A stretch of 64,000 nt of DNA from the NCBI GenBank assembly GCA_046758745.1, contig JBHIAV010000008.1:28663-92662 (forward strand), given 5' to 3'. The notes below the pieces were generated by a model. That model was given only the letters and a program-made list of their open reading frames with translations, was not told the origin of the DNA and made no database searches. Below are positions 1-10,447 of the stretch, piece by piece; positions within the stretch are counted from its first letter, which is position 1; every line of letters starts with the position of its first letter. Source of the stretch: Gemmatimonadota bacterium. Its GTDB lineage: Bacteria; Gemmatimonadota; Gemmatimonadetes; Palauibacterales; Palauibacteraceae. The position numbers were made by a program, and so were the translations under genes.

Positions 1-2
1 CC

Positions 3-1115
3 TACTTCTCGCCGTCCGGGGAAGGGGGCGCCGCGGCTCTGCTGCCCGATCACGCCGGCTATCTTCCGCTCGACACCCTGCGAGAGACGGGAGCGTCCAT
101 CGACGCGCTCCGACCGGCCGTGATCGTGTTCGCGAAGCTGGACGTGTGGCCCAATCTGACCCGAGCGGCCGCTCGTAGAGGCGTCCCGCTCGCCCTGGTG
201 AACGCGACTGTGCGCCCGGGGAGCTCGCGCCTCTCGCCGCTGGCCCGGCGCTTCCTGCAGCCTGCGTATGGCCGGCTGACCCGCGTCGGGGCGGTCTCCT
301 CCGAGGATGCGGAGCGCCTCGTGTCGCTCGGAGTGCGACGCGACGCGATCCGGGTGACCGGTGACGCGGCGTTCGATCGGGCCCTCGCAAGGGCCGAGCG
401 CGCGCCGGCCAGTTCAGCGGCCCTCCGGATGCCTCCGCGTGAGCCGGACGTGCCGCGTCTGGTCGCCGGCTCCACGTGGCCGGCGGACGAGGAGGTGCTC
501 CTTGACGCCGTCGCCGCCCTGAAAGCGTCGGGTCGACCGGTCGAGCTTGTCCTCGTGCCGCACCGACCCGAAGCCGCCGCGATCGCTCGCCTTGCCGGAC
601 GCTGCCGGAGGGCTCTCGGCGCCGCCCCCCGGCTTTGGACGGCCCCGCCCGGCCCGGCACCGGGCGGATCGCCAGTCGCGGAGGACCCTCCCGGAGAGCG
701 TCCGGCCGACGGCGCGGCCCCTCCCGCGGGCGGCGCGCCGGCCCCGCCGCCGCTCATCGTCGACGTGGTCGGCGTCCTCGCCGATCTGTACGCCGTAGCC
801 GACATCGCATACGTGGGCGGGGGGTTCGGACACGCGGGACTCCATTCGGTCATCGAGCCCGCCGCCGCCGGCCTGCCGGTGCTGGTGGGTCCCCGGCATG
901 ACCGGCGCGAGGCCGCCGCCCTCCTCGCGTGCGGTGGTGCAGTCGAGATCACGGCCGAGAACGCGCGCTCCGTCCTCGAGCACTTCGTGGAGGATGCGGC
1001 GGCGCGCCGCGCCGCCGGGAGAGAAGCGCGGGACTACGTGCTGGCGGGGGTGGGAGCCGCCTGGGCCGGGGCCGAGATCATCACGGAAATTCTGACGTGG
1101 GCGGACGACCGGTGA
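3..1115 (+). CDS. waaA: 3-deoxy-D-manno-octulosonic acid (Kdo) transferase, 5'-partial
   Basis: Frame is open from position 3 (YFSPSG...YLPLD...). KdtA-type motifs: VWPNL, LVNA, VTGD, AGSTW, LVPH, LYAVADIAYVGGGF, HSVIEPAA.G.PVLVGP. Confidence 0.88.
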   Translation, partial: YFSPSGEGGAAALLPDHAGYLPLDTLRETGASIDALRPAVIVFAKLDVWPNLTRAAARRGVPLALVNATVRPGSSRLSPLARRFLQPAYGRLTRVGAVSSEDAERLVSLGVRRDAIRVTGDAAFDRALARAERAPASSAALRMPPREPDVPRLVAGSTWPADEEVLLDAVAALKASGRPVELVLVPHRPEAAAIARLAGRCRRALGAAPRLWTAPPGPAPGGSPVAEDPPGERPADGAAPPAGGAPAPPPLIVDVVGVLADLYAVADIAYVGGGFGHAGLHSVIEPAAAGLPVLVGPRHDRREAAALLACGGAVEITAENARSVLEHFVEDAAARRAAGREARDYVLAGVGAAWAGAEIITEILTWADDR

Positions 1116-1320
1116 GGCGCGGTCTGGGGCCGAGATTGTACCAGAGGAGGATGCCGATGATCGGGCAAAGGATGACGATGACGCTCCACCACGCTTTCTC
1201 CCGCTTCGCTGCGCGGGAAGAGAGGATCATCCCGATGGCCCAGACATCCAGGAGGAGGAGGAAGACGACGAGGGCCACGCGCATGTCGATCCCGGCCGCC
1301 GCTCGGAAGAGCCGGCTCAT
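1081..1320 (-). CDS. Small membrane protein, PLDc N-terminal domain-like
   Basis: Two hydrophobic segments with the pattern 'LDVWAI..I..S....EKAWWSVIVILCPIIGILLWY.LGP'. Start overlaps the ABC exporter stop; an alternative start is MRVAL. Confidence 0.65.
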   Translation of the reverse strand: MSRLFRAAAGIDMRVALVVFLLLLDVWAIGMILSSRAAKREKAWWSVIVILCPIIGILLWYNLGPRPRLTGRPPTSEFP

Positions 1321-3257
1321 GCGGCGGTCGCCTGGAACTGGAGCCGATACAGGCGGGCGTACAGGCCGCCCATCTCCAACAGCTCGGTGTGCGTTCCCGT
1401 CTCACGGATCTCCCCGCGATGCAGCACGAGGATCCGGTGGGCGTTCTGGATCGTCGACAGGCGGTGCGCGACGACGAGGCTCGTGCGACCCTTCATCAGC
1501 TCGTCCAGCGCCCGCTCGATCTGTCCCTCGATCTCCGAGTCCACGGAGCTGGTCGCCTCGTCGAGGAGGAGAATCCTCGGGTCGCCCGCCAGAGCGCGCG
1601 CGAAGCTGACCAGCTGCCGCTCCCCGACGCTGAGGCTGCTTCCCCTCTCACCCAAGGCTTGGGAGAAGCCCTCGGGCAGCCGCTCGATGTACCGCTCCAC
1701 CCCGACGCGGCGGGCCGCCCGGCGGACCCGCTCGTCGGTGACGTGCGGCCGATCCATCGAGATGTTCTGCCCCGCGCTGCCCGAGAAGAGGTAGATGTCC
1801 TGCAGGACGAGGCCCATCACGGAACGGAGCTCGGGCACCGGGAGCGAGCGGATGTCGATCCCGTCGAGGAGGATCCGTCCGCGCTGTGGCTCGTAGAAGC
1901 GCATCAGCAGGTTGATGATCGTGGTCTTGCCGGCACCGGTGGCCCCGACGATGGCCACGCGCCGGCCCGGCTCGACCGTGAAGCTCACGCCGCGCAGCAC
2001 CCACTCGGGCTGCTCGGCGGAGTCGTCGCTCGCCCTGGAGCCATCCCGCTTCGGTACGTCGTAGTGGAACCACACGTCCTCGAAATCGATCCGTCCCCGG
2101 ACGTCTGGACCCACGTGGACCGGGGTGGCCGGATCGCTAATCGACGGCTCTTCGTCGAGGAGGCGGAAGATTCGCTCCGAGCTCGCCATCGCGCCCTGCA
2201 GGATGTTGTACTTCTCGGAGAGGTCCTGGATGGGCCGGAAGAACCGTCTGGCGTACTGCAGAAAGGCGGCGATCACGCCGATGGTCAGCGTGCCGCGCAA
2301 CGCCGCGTTGCCACCGTACCAGATGATGAGCGCCAGCGCGATGGCGGCCAGGAGCTCGATGACCGGGAAGAAGAGGGCGTAGTACGTGATGGACCGCAGG
2401 TGCGCCCGCAGATGGTCGTCGTTGATGTCACGGAAGCGCCGGTCAGTCGCGGCTTCCTGCCCGAAGAGATGCACCACGGACATGCCGCTGATTCGCTCCT
2501 GCAGGAAGGCGTTGATCCGGGCGAGGCGTACCCGGATGTCGCGATACGCTCGGCGCACGCGGGAACGGAACATCCACGCGGCGAGGAAGACGAGCGGCAG
2601 GACCGTGAAGGTGACGAGCGCCAGCCGCCAATCCAGGGCGAGCATGGCGGCCACGATGAAGATGACGGTGAAGATGTCCCCGAACACCGACACCACCCCC
2701 GCCGTGAACATCTCGTTCAGGACCTCCACGTCGCTGGTCACCCGCGTCATCAGTCGCCCGACGGGATTGCGATCGAAGAACGCAAGGCTGAGCTGCTGCA
2801 GATGCGAGAAGATCCGATTTCGCAGGTCGAGCATCACCTTCTGCCCGATCCACGTCGTGAGGAGGGTACGCGCGTATTCGAGCCCGGCCGCCAGGACCAT
2901 CGAGCCGGCGTAGGCGAGCCCCAGGACACCCAGAAACGAGAGGTCAGCGGCCGGGATCGCCCGGTCGATGGCGATCTTCGTGAGCCATGGGCCGACCAGC
3001 TCCACGGCGGATGCCGCGATGAGCATCACGATCGCGGCGACGACGTGCCAGCGGTACGGCCGGAGGTACGCGAGGAGGCGGCGCATCAGTCGTGCGTCGT
3101 ACGCCTTCCCCAGCGCCTCCTCCTCGTGGATCGGCCCTTCGGGCGCGATGTTCAGTGGTCCGTGCCTCCTTCGAGCGTATGCATCCTCTCCCCCTGCGGA
3201 CCCGGCCGCCGCCGACCAGAGCGATCGATCCGGTGGCTCGGATCGGTTGGACCGCAA
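1317..3257 (-). CDS. ABC exporter, fused TMD-NBD (MsbA/multidrug-like)
   Basis: N-terminal multi-TM domain, Walker A GATGAGKT, signature LSVGERQ, Walker B ILLLDEATS, H-loop VAHRLST. Start position uncertain. Confidence 0.92.
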   Translation of the reverse strand: MRSNRSEPPDRSLWSAAAGSAGGEDAYARRRHGPLNIAPEGPIHEEEALGKAYDARLMRRLLAYLRPYRWHVVAAIVMLIAASAVELVGPWLTKIAIDRAIPAADLSFLGVLGLAYAGSMVLAAGLEYARTLLTTWIGQKVMLDLRNRIFSHLQQLSLAFFDRNPVGRLMTRVTSDVEVLNEMFTAGVVSVFGDIFTVIFIVAAMLALDWRLALVTFTVLPLVFLAAWMFRSRVRRAYRDIRVRLARINAFLQERISGMSVVHLFGQEAATDRRFRDINDDHLRAHLRSITYYALFFPVIELLAAIALALIIWYGGNAALRGTLTIGVIAAFLQYARRFFRPIQDLSEKYNILQGAMASSERIFRLLDEEPSISDPATPVHVGPDVRGRIDFEDVWFHYDVPKRDGSRASDDSAEQPEWVLRGVSFTVEPGRRVAIVGATGAGKTTIINLLMRFYEPQRGRILLDGIDIRSLPVPELRSVMGLVLQDIYLFSGSAGQNISMDRPHVTDERVRRAARRVGVERYIERLPEGFSQALGERGSSLSVGERQLVSFARALAGDPRILLLDEATSSVDSEIEGQIERALDELMKGRTSLVVAHRLSTIQNAHRILVLHRGEIRETGTHTELLEMGGLYARLYRLQFQATAA

Positions 3258-3440
3258 CCGGGCGGGATCCCCCGACGGCAGCTCGCATCAATCGAACCGC
3301 GCGCGGACAGATGGCGGCCCCCGCCGGGCGAGTGACGCCAAAAGATACCGGGGCTCCGGGGTCCGTTCCACTCCATGCACGGCGGATCGACGCCGGGACC
3401 GCGGCGCGATCCTCCGCGCCCGGCCGCGCTTCGTCCCGAC

Positions 3441-3475
3441 TCGTCATCCACCGCGCGCTCGGGTAGACTGAGGGC
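3441..3475 (+). promoter_or_regulatory. Putative sigma70 promoter of uvrA, probably leaderless
   Basis: TCGTCA (3441-3446), 17 bp, TAGACT (3464-3469), then 6 nt to the ATG at 3476. Confidence 0.45.
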
Positions 3476-6400
3476 ATGAAGGCGGTGATCCGCGTCCGAG
3501 GCGCCCGACAGAACAACCTGAAAGGGATCGACCTCTCGATCCCCCGGCGGGCGCTCACCGTTCTCACCGGCCCTTCCGGCTCCGGGAAGTCGAGCCTAGC
3601 GTTCGACACCATCTACGCGGAGGGCCAACGCCGCTACATCGAGTCCCTCTCGACCTACGCGAAGCAATTCCTGGAGCGGATGCGGAAGCCGGCCGTGGAG
3701 TGGATCGACGGCGTGAGCCCATCCGTTGCCATCGACCAGCGGAACACGATCCATTCGAGCCGTTCCACCGTCGGCACGGTGACCGAGGCGTACGACTACA
3801 TGCGCGTGCTGTGGGCACGCGTCGGGCACACGATCTGCCCCGAATGCGGCGTGCGCGTCCTTCCCGACACCGTTCAGTCCGCCGCAGACCGGCTGCTCGA
3901 GCTGGAGCGGGGCACCCGGCTGTACGTGACCTTCCCCCTTCGATTGAGCGCCGAGATCACACACGCGGTGACCGTGGCGAACCTGCGCTCGCAGGGATAC
4001 CTGCGGGTGCTCGCCGACGGACGGGAGTGGCACCTCGACGACCTGGAGAAGGCCGCCGGGGCGTCCGTGCCGACCGAAGATCCGCAGGCGCGGGTCACCG
4101 CGCTCTCCGCCGGTCGGGCAACGGGCGGCGGGCGCGGCGCCGCGGCCGGGGGGAGAAGGCGCCGGGAGAGCCGAGCCCGGCCGGCACCGGACCTCACGCG
4201 GGCGAAGGAGCTGCTCGTCGTCAGCGACCGACTCGCGGTGGACGCGGACGACCGGGAGCGGCTGACCGACTCCCTGGCGGCGGCCTTCGCTGAGGGGGAG
4301 GGTCACGCCGTAGTCGTCCGCGCGGAGCTGGACGAGAACGGCGAGGCGCGGATCACCGAGCGCTTCTCCTTCACCGAGTCGTTCCGCTGCTCCGGATGCG
4401 GCCGGGACTTTCCGGAGCCGAGGCCCGTGCTGTTCAGCTTCAACCATCCCACCGGGGCGTGCCCCCGGTGCAACGGCTTCGGCGCCACGCTGGAGTACGA
4501 CGTCGATCTGATCGTCCCCGATCAGGGAAGGTCCCTCGCCGATGGGGCCCTCGATCCGTTGGAGAAGCCTCGCTACCATCGGGAGCGGGCCGCGCTTCGC
4601 CGCTTCGCGGTTGCGCGCGGCATCGATGTCGAGGCGCCGTGGCGGGAGCTTCCCGAGGCGGTTCGGGAGGAGCTGCTCCACGGGAGCGACGACTTCCTCG
4701 GCGTCCTTCCCTTCCTGCGCTCCCGGGAGCGCAAACGTTACAAGCGGTACATCCGTGTCTTCCTACGCCAGTATCAACGACCGCGCACGTGTCCCCGCTG
4801 CGGCGGCGCCCGGCTGCGCCGCGAGGCGCTCGACGTCCGGGTCGGAGGACTCACCATCTCGGAGGCGACGGCCCTCACGGTCGACGCTTTCGGTCCCTGG
4901 CTGGCCTCGCTCGAGCTGGCTCCGTTCGAGGAGAAGGTGGCCGCTACGGTCCTGCGCGAGCTTCGCGACCGGATCTCTTTTCTCGAGCGGGTCGGGCTCG
5001 GCTACCTGACGCTCGACCGCGTGGCCCGCACCCTCTCCGGCGGCGAGATGCAGCGGATCCGCCTCGCGAGCAGCCTGGGCAGTCACCTCGTCGACACCCT
5101 GTACGTGCTGGACGAGCCGACGATCGGCCTCCACGCGCGCGATGTCGACCGGTTCCTGAACGTGCTGGAGGAGCTGCGGGACCGGGGAAACACGGTTCTG
5201 GTGGTGGAGCACGAGACGGCGGTCCTGCGTCGGGCCGACCGGATCGTGGAACTCGGCCCCGGCTCCGGGGAGAAGGGTGGGGAGGTGGTGTTCGAGGGCA
5301 GGTGGGAGGAGCTGGTTCGTTCCGACACGGCGACCGGGCGGGCGCTGGCCTCCGTGGGCGCGGCCGCCCCACCGGGGCCCGCCCGGCGACGGCGAGGATC
5401 CGGTGACAACCGCCGCAGGGCCGGTGGCGGCGCCTCGGTGCCGCGCGGGTTGACGGGCGCCTGGCAGGGGGGGGCGGTGCTTCGCCTGCGCGGGGCACGT
5501 CTCCACAACCTGCGCGGGGTGGACGTCGAGATCCCGCTTCGGACCCTCACCGCGGTCACCGGCGTCTCGGGATCCGGGAAGTCGACGCTGGTGCACGACG
5601 TCCTCTATCGCGGGCTCGAGCGGGCGCTCCGGGGGGAGACCACGGCGAAGGAGCACCTCGGCGAGCAGACGGGGAGGTACGACGCGATCGACGGACTGGG
5701 CGCGCTCGACGACGTGGTGTTGGTGGACCAGAGTCCGATCGGCCGAACTCCGCGCTCGAACCCGGTCACCTACATCAAGGCGTTCGACGAGATCCGCCGG
5801 CTGTTCGCCGAGCAGCCGCTCGCCCGACGCCGCCGGTACGAGCCACGCCACTTCAGCTTCAACGTCGAGGGGGGCCGCTGCGAGGAGTGCAAGGGAGCGG
5901 GAATCGAGCTGATCGAGATGGTGTTCATGGCCGACATCTCGGTCCCCTGCGACGCGTGCGGTGGGAAGCGCTTCCGGCCGGAAATACTCGAGGTGCGCTA
6001 CCGAGGGCTGAACATCGACGAGGTGCTGCAGCTCACCGTGGACGAGGCGATCCGCTTCTTCATACGCCGGGACCGCCTCGGCGAAGCGCTGTGGCAGCTC
6101 CAGCGGGTGGGGCTCGGCTATCTCCGGCTCGGGCAGCCCGCCACCACCCTCTCCGGGGGCGAGGCTCAGCGGCTCAAGATCGCCCGCGAGCTCTCCCGGA
6201 TGGTCGGTGCCGGGCGTCGCCTCTACATGCTGGACGAGCCCACGGTGGGGCTCGGGCTCGGGGAGATCGGCAGGCTGGTCGATGTGCTCCGGCAGCTCGT
6301 GACGGCGGGGAACACGGTTGTGGTGATCGAGCACAACCTGGAGGTGATTCGGCGCGCCGACTGGGTGATCGACCTCGGTCCGGAGGCGGCGGAGCGGGGG

Positions 6401-6532
6401 GGCAGGGTGGTCGCCGTCGGGACCCCCGCTGACATCATGGCGGCGACGGGATCGCACACCGGAGCGTACCTCCGGCGGTATCTCGAAGGTCACGAGACCA
6501 GCGCCGCGGCCGGAGCGGCGCCAGCGGGTTGA
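3476..6532 (+). CDS. uvrA: Excinuclease ABC subunit UvrA
   Basis: 'GARQNNLKGIDL', two Walker A motifs (GPSGSGKSS, GVSGSGKST), two LSGGE signatures, LDEPT Walker B motifs, CxxC zinc fingers, 'SPIGRTPRSNP'. Confidence 0.95.
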   Translation: MKAVIRVRGARQNNLKGIDLSIPRRALTVLTGPSGSGKSSLAFDTIYAEGQRRYIESLSTYAKQFLERMRKPAVEWIDGVSPSVAIDQRNTIHSSRSTVGTVTEAYDYMRVLWARVGHTICPECGVRVLPDTVQSAADRLLELERGTRLYVTFPLRLSAEITHAVTVANLRSQGYLRVLADGREWHLDDLEKAAGASVPTEDPQARVTALSAGRATGGGRGAAAGGRRRRESRARPAPDLTRAKELLVVSDRLAVDADDRERLTDSLAAAFAEGEGHAVVVRAELDENGEARITERFSFTESFRCSGCGRDFPEPRPVLFSFNHPTGACPRCNGFGATLEYDVDLIVPDQGRSLADGALDPLEKPRYHRERAALRRFAVARGIDVEAPWRELPEAVREELLHGSDDFLGVLPFLRSRERKRYKRYIRVFLRQYQRPRTCPRCGGARLRREALDVRVGGLTISEATALTVDAFGPWLASLELAPFEEKVAATVLRELRDRISFLERVGLGYLTLDRVARTLSGGEMQRIRLASSLGSHLVDTLYVLDEPTIGLHARDVDRFLNVLEELRDRGNTVLVVEHETAVLRRADRIVELGPGSGEKGGEVVFEGRWEELVRSDTATGRALASVGAAAPPGPARRRRGSGDNRRRAGGGASVPRGLTGAWQGGAVLRLRGARLHNLRGVDVEIPLRTLTAVTGVSGSGKSTLVHDVLYRGLERALRGETTAKEHLGEQTGRYDAIDGLGALDDVVLVDQSPIGRTPRSNPVTYIKAFDEIRRLFAEQPLARRRRYEPRHFSFNVEGGRCEECKGAGIELIEMVFMADISVPCDACGGKRFRPEILEVRYRGLNIDEVLQLTVDEAIRFFIRRDRLGEALWQLQRVGLGYLRLGQPATTLSGGEAQRLKIARELSRMVGAGRRLYMLDEPTVGLGLGEIGRLVDVLRQLVTAGNTVVVIEHNLEVIRRADWVIDLGPEAAERGGRVVAVGTPADIMAATGSHTGAYLRRYLEGHETSAAAGAAPAG

Positions 6533-7545
6533 ACGGAGCCGATCCCGGCGTCTCCGTCCTCCTGCCGTGCCGCGACGCGGCCGTGACCCTACCCGACTGC
6601 ATCGCCAGTTTGCGGGCGCAGACCTTCAGCAACTTCGAGGTGGTGGCCGTGGATGACGGCTCCACCGATGCGACGCCCGCCCTCCTCGCCGAGTGGGCGG
6701 AGCGAGACGGGCGCGTGCGGGTGATGGACGGGGCCGGCCGGGGGCTGGTGCCCGCCCTCCGCCTGGCCGCTGCGAATGCGCTGGCCCCCCTGCTGGCCCG
6801 CATGGACGCGGACGACATCGCGCACCCGGAGCGGTTGGACCGACAGAAGGAGCTCCTCACGCGGAGATCGGAGCTGGCGGCATGCGGCACGGGCGTCGCC
6901 CTGTTCCCCCGGGAAGCGCTCCGCTCGGGCTACCGAAGGTACGAGGAGTGGCTCAATTCCCTCCGCACCCCCGGCGAGCTGCTGCGCGACCTCTTCGTGG
7001 AGTGCCCGATCGCGCACCCGACGCTGATGATCCGGGCCTCCGCGCTCCGGGGTCTCGGTGGGTACCGAGACATGGGCTGGCCGGAGGACTATGATCTGAT
7101 TCTCCGGCTGCACCTGGCGGGGATGCGGGCCGCCAACGTCGAGGGCTGCCTGGTCCGCTGGCGCGTCACTCCCGGTCGGGCTTCGACCAGCTCTCCATCG
7201 TACGGGCCGGCGGCGTTCCGCCGGTGCAAGGTCCATTTCCTCCGCCATGGCGTGCTGCCGACCCGACGTCCCCTGGTGGTGTGGGGTGCCGGCAGAGTAG
7301 GGAAGGCTTTCGCCCGCGAGCTTCTCCGACAGGGCCTCCCGGTGTCGGCGTTCGTGGACCTCGATCGGCGGAAGATCGGGCAGATGATCCATGGCGCCCC
7401 GGTGCTCGACCCGGCGGGCTTCGCTCCGCGGCGGGAGGCGTTCGTGCTCGTCGCCGTCGGCTCCCCGGGAGCGCGCGACGAGATCCGGCTCGCTCTCAAC
7501 GCGCTCGGACGCCGGGAGCTTGAGGACTTTCGAGTCGTCGCTTGA
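6529..7545 (+). CDS. Glycosyltransferase family 2 with C-terminal Rossmann-like segment
   Basis: 'VSVLLP', 'VDDGSTD', 'RMDADD', 'EDY', C-terminal 'VWGAGRVGK'. TTG start overlaps the uvrA stop. Confidence 0.88.
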   Translation: MNGADPGVSVLLPCRDAAVTLPDCIASLRAQTFSNFEVVAVDDGSTDATPALLAEWAERDGRVRVMDGAGRGLVPALRLAAANALAPLLARMDADDIAHPERLDRQKELLTRRSELAACGTGVALFPREALRSGYRRYEEWLNSLRTPGELLRDLFVECPIAHPTLMIRASALRGLGGYRDMGWPEDYDLILRLHLAGMRAANVEGCLVRWRVTPGRASTSSPSYGPAAFRRCKVHFLRHGVLPTRRPLVVWGAGRVGKAFARELLRQGLPVSAFVDLDRRKIGQMIHGAPVLDPAGFAPRREAFVLVAVGSPGARDEIRLALNALGRRELEDFRVVA

Positions 7546-7630
7546 CCGCTCGAGATCTGCAACCGGACCGGGGCGGGCCCAAGCGCTGTGCACGGCGCGT
7601 CGGCGTCCCGGTGGGCTCCTCTCGCCGTCA

Positions 7631-7713
7631 TCTCCGGCGGTGGGGCGAGCGAGCGCGCCCTCGGCGGGGCGGGAGCGCGTCTCCGCAGTTGGGCGGGCGA
7701 GCGCCCCAACGGC
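7631..7713. repeat. Imperfect ~35 bp direct repeat (2 copies); second copy hairpin-forming
   Basis: tctccggcggtggggcgagcgagcgcgccctcggc (7631-7665) versus tctccgcagttgggcgggcgagcgccccaacggc (7680-7713), in the intergenic gap before gyrA. Confidence 0.35.
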
Positions 7714-7930
7714 TCTGCCGAAGGGGTGCATGGGCCGTCGCGCCGGGGCTTTTTTCAGGCTAAATTTATTCGGTGGGCTGAGGTCCGACGTGACCCCATC
7801 CAGCCAGTCCCGCCGGCCCGCGAAGAACCTGTCCGCGAGGCGCTGAAGCCGTCGGATCCCCGGCGGTCACCCGTGCCCCGGTTGGCGGCCGCGAGTCACC
7901 GCCGTACTGGCGTAACGGTTGCGGAAGAGC

Positions 7931-10447
7931 ATGGAGACGATCGACAGAAACGAGCGCGTACAGCCGCGCCTGCTGGAAGACGAGATGCGCGAGTCGTTCA
8001 TCGACTACTCGATGAGCGTGATCGTGCAGCGCGCCCTCCCGGATGTCCGGGATGGGCTCAAACCGGTGCACCGGCGGATCCTGTATGCGATGCAGGAGGC
8101 CGGGCTCCTCCCCAACCGACCGTACAAGAAGAGCGCCACCGTCGTGGGCGACGTGCTCGGGAAGTACCACCCGCACGGCGATGCCGCCGTGTACGACTCG
8201 CTGGTCCGCATGGTACAGGGCTTCTCGCTCCGCTATCCGCTGATCGACGGGCAGGGGAACTTCGGCTCCGTCGACGGGGACAGCGCGGCCGCGTACCGGT
8301 ACACCGAGACGCGCCTGGCCCCCGTGGCAACGGAGATGCTGGCGGACATCGACAAGGAGACGGTCGACTTCGTACCCAACTTCGACGACCGGCTGCAAGA
8401 GCCGACGGTGCTCCCGGCGCGGCTCCCCAACCTGCTGGTCAACGGGTCCTCCGGAATCGCCGTCGGGATGGCGACGAACATCCCCCCGCACAACCTGCCC
8501 GAGGTGGTGGCCGCCTGTCAGCGACTCATCGACGACCCGGACGTGACTCTGGATGACCTGCTGCAGGAGGTCCGGGGTCCCGATTTTCCCACCGGAGGTC
8601 TCGTGTACGGGGAGGGCGGGATCACGGAAGCCTACCGGAGTGGGCGCGGGCGCGTCGTCATGCGGGCGAGGGCGCACATCGAGGAGCGTGAGCGCGGCGG
8701 CGAGCGGATCGTCGTCACGGAGATCCCGTTCATGGTCAACAAGTCGCGGCTGATCGAGCAGATCGCTCAACTCGTACGCGATCGCAGAATCGATGGCATC
8801 TCGGATCTGCGCGATGAGTCGGACCGTGACGGGATCCGCCTCGTGATCGAGCTGAAGCGGGATGCCATCCCAAACATCGTGCTCAACCAGCTGTACCGGC
8901 ACACCCAGATGCAGTCGACGTTCGGGGTGATCATGCTCGCCCTCGTCGGCGGCGTGCCGCAGGTGATGGATCTGAAGGCTGTCCTGCGGCACTTCCTGGA
9001 CCATCGTCACGACGTGGTGGTCCGCCGGAGCGAGTTCGACCTGCGGGTCGCCCGCGACCGCGAGCACGTCCTGGAGGGACTCAAAGTCGCCGTCGACAAC
9101 ATCGACGAAGTGATCGCGATCATCCGCGGCTCGAAGGACACGGAGCAGGCCGGGGCGCGGCTGCGCGATCGCTTCGAGCTCACGGAGCGGCAGGCCGAGG
9201 CGATCCTGAACATGCGCCTCGCCCGCCTCACCGGCCTCGAGGTCGAGAAGCTGGAGGAGGAGCTGGCCGGGGTACGGGCGGAGGTGAAGCGGCTCGGCGA
9301 GATCCTCGGTTCGCGAGAGCTGCGGATGCGGATCATCCGAAACGAGCTGGGCGAGCTCGCCGAAAAATACGGCGACAAGCGCCGGACCGAGATCATACCC
9401 GACGTGGCCGACTTCAGATATGAGGACCTGATCGCCGAGCAACGAATGGTGATCACGGTCAGCCACGAGGGCTACGTGAAGCGCATCGCCCCCAACGTGT
9501 ATCGGCAGCAGCGCCGGGGCGGGCGCGGCGTGGCGGGGATGGACACGAAGGAGGAGGACTGGGTCCAGCACCTCTTCCTCGCCTCCACCCACGACTACCT
9601 GATGGTGTTCACGGCGGCCGGGCAGTGCTACTGGCTGAAGGTGCACGAGATCCCGCCCGGTGGCCGGACGGCTCGAGGCAAGCCGGTGGTGAACCTGCTC
9701 AACATCGGGTCGGCGGAGAAGATCGCGTCGATCGTCCCTGTGCGTGAGTTCGCCAGCGACAGCTACCTGGTCTTCGCCACGCGGGGCGGACTCGTGAAGA
9801 AGACGAGCCTCGCCGCCTATTCCAACATCCGGTCGTCCGGGATCAACGCGATCAGGGTCTTGGAAGGAGACAGGCTCATCGACGTCCGGCTTACCGACGG
9901 TGACAACGACATCATCTTGGCCACCCGCCGGGGGATGGCGATCCACTTCTCGGAGCGCGACGTGCGCGAGATGGGCCGGACGACGCAGGGAGTGCGGGGC
10001 ATCAGCCTCGAGGCGGACGACGAGGTCGTTGGCATGGTCGCGCTGAAACGGAGTGGGAGCCTCCTCACCGCCACGGCGCGCGGGATGGGGAAGCGAAGCG
10101 CGGTGGAGGATTACCGCGTGCAGCGACGCGGCGGAAAGGGCCTCATCAACCTCAAAGTGACGGCGAGGACCGGTGAGGTCGTGGCCGTGAAGGAAGTGAC
10201 TGACGAAGACGAGCTCATGCTTGTCACGCGTCAGGGGGTGGTAAACCGCCAGCACGCCCGCGAGATTCGGGTGATCGGCCGCAACACTCAGGGCGTGCGG
10301 CTGGTGGCCCTCGACGAGGGCGATGAGCTCGTCGATGTGGCCCGGGTGATTCTCGACGCGCCGGAGGAGGAGCCTGAGGCGGCCGGCGTCGCCTCAGCCT
10401 GCGGCTCGCCGGAGGAGGAACACGGCGGGAGCGAGGTCCCGGAGTGA
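7931..10447 (+). CDS. gyrA: DNA gyrase subunit A
   Basis: '[17 protein letters not shown]', 'KYHPHGD', catalytic 'AYRYTE', GyrA-box 'QRRGGRG', beta-pinwheel repeats, acidic tail. ATG 7931 chosen as start. Confidence 0.97.
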   Translation: METIDRNERVQPRLLEDEMRESFIDYSMSVIVQRALPDVRDGLKPVHRRILYAMQEAGLLPNRPYKKSATVVGDVLGKYHPHGDAAVYDSLVRMVQGFSLRYPLIDGQGNFGSVDGDSAAAYRYTETRLAPVATEMLADIDKETVDFVPNFDDRLQEPTVLPARLPNLLVNGSSGIAVGMATNIPPHNLPEVVAACQRLIDDPDVTLDDLLQEVRGPDFPTGGLVYGEGGITEAYRSGRGRVVMRARAHIEERERGGERIVVTEIPFMVNKSRLIEQIAQLVRDRRIDGISDLRDESDRDGIRLVIELKRDAIPNIVLNQLYRHTQMQSTFGVIMLALVGGVPQVMDLKAVLRHFLDHRHDVVVRRSEFDLRVARDREHVLEGLKVAVDNIDEVIAIIRGSKDTEQAGARLRDRFELTERQAEAILNMRLARLTGLEVEKLEEELAGVRAEVKRLGEILGSRELRMRIIRNELGELAEKYGDKRRTEIIPDVADFRYEDLIAEQRMVITVSHEGYVKRIAPNVYRQQRRGGRGVAGMDTKEEDWVQHLFLASTHDYLMVFTAAGQCYWLKVHEIPPGGRTARGKPVVNLLNIGSAEKIASIVPVREFASDSYLVFATRGGLVKKTSLAAYSNIRSSGINAIRVLEGDRLIDVRLTDGDNDIILATRRGMAIHFSERDVREMGRTTQGVRGISLEADDEVVGMVALKRSGSLLTATARGMGKRSAVEDYRVQRRGGKGLINLKVTARTGEVVAVKEVTDEDELMLVTRQGVVNRQHAREIRVIGRNTQGVRLVALDEGDELVDVARVILDAPEEEPEAAGVASACGSPEEEHGGSEVPE

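Noticed and set aside
3300-3475. LexA/SOS box upstream of uvrA
   Set aside because: No CTGT-N8-ACAG or GAAC-N4-GTTC match was seen by eye, and the lineage's motif is unknown to me.
7631-7713. Two similar ~35 bp units that could suggest a CRISPR or REP array
   Set aside because: Only two degenerate copies with a ~14 bp spacer and no cas genes. Kept only as a low-confidence repeat.
7766-10255. Long antisense and alternate-frame ORFs, e.g. 829 aa opposite gyrA, 960 aa at 33225-36107, 781 aa at 11103-13448
   Set aside because: Shadow ORFs expected in high-GC DNA with few stop codons. They overlap well-supported genes and have R/G/P/H-rich, motif-free translations.
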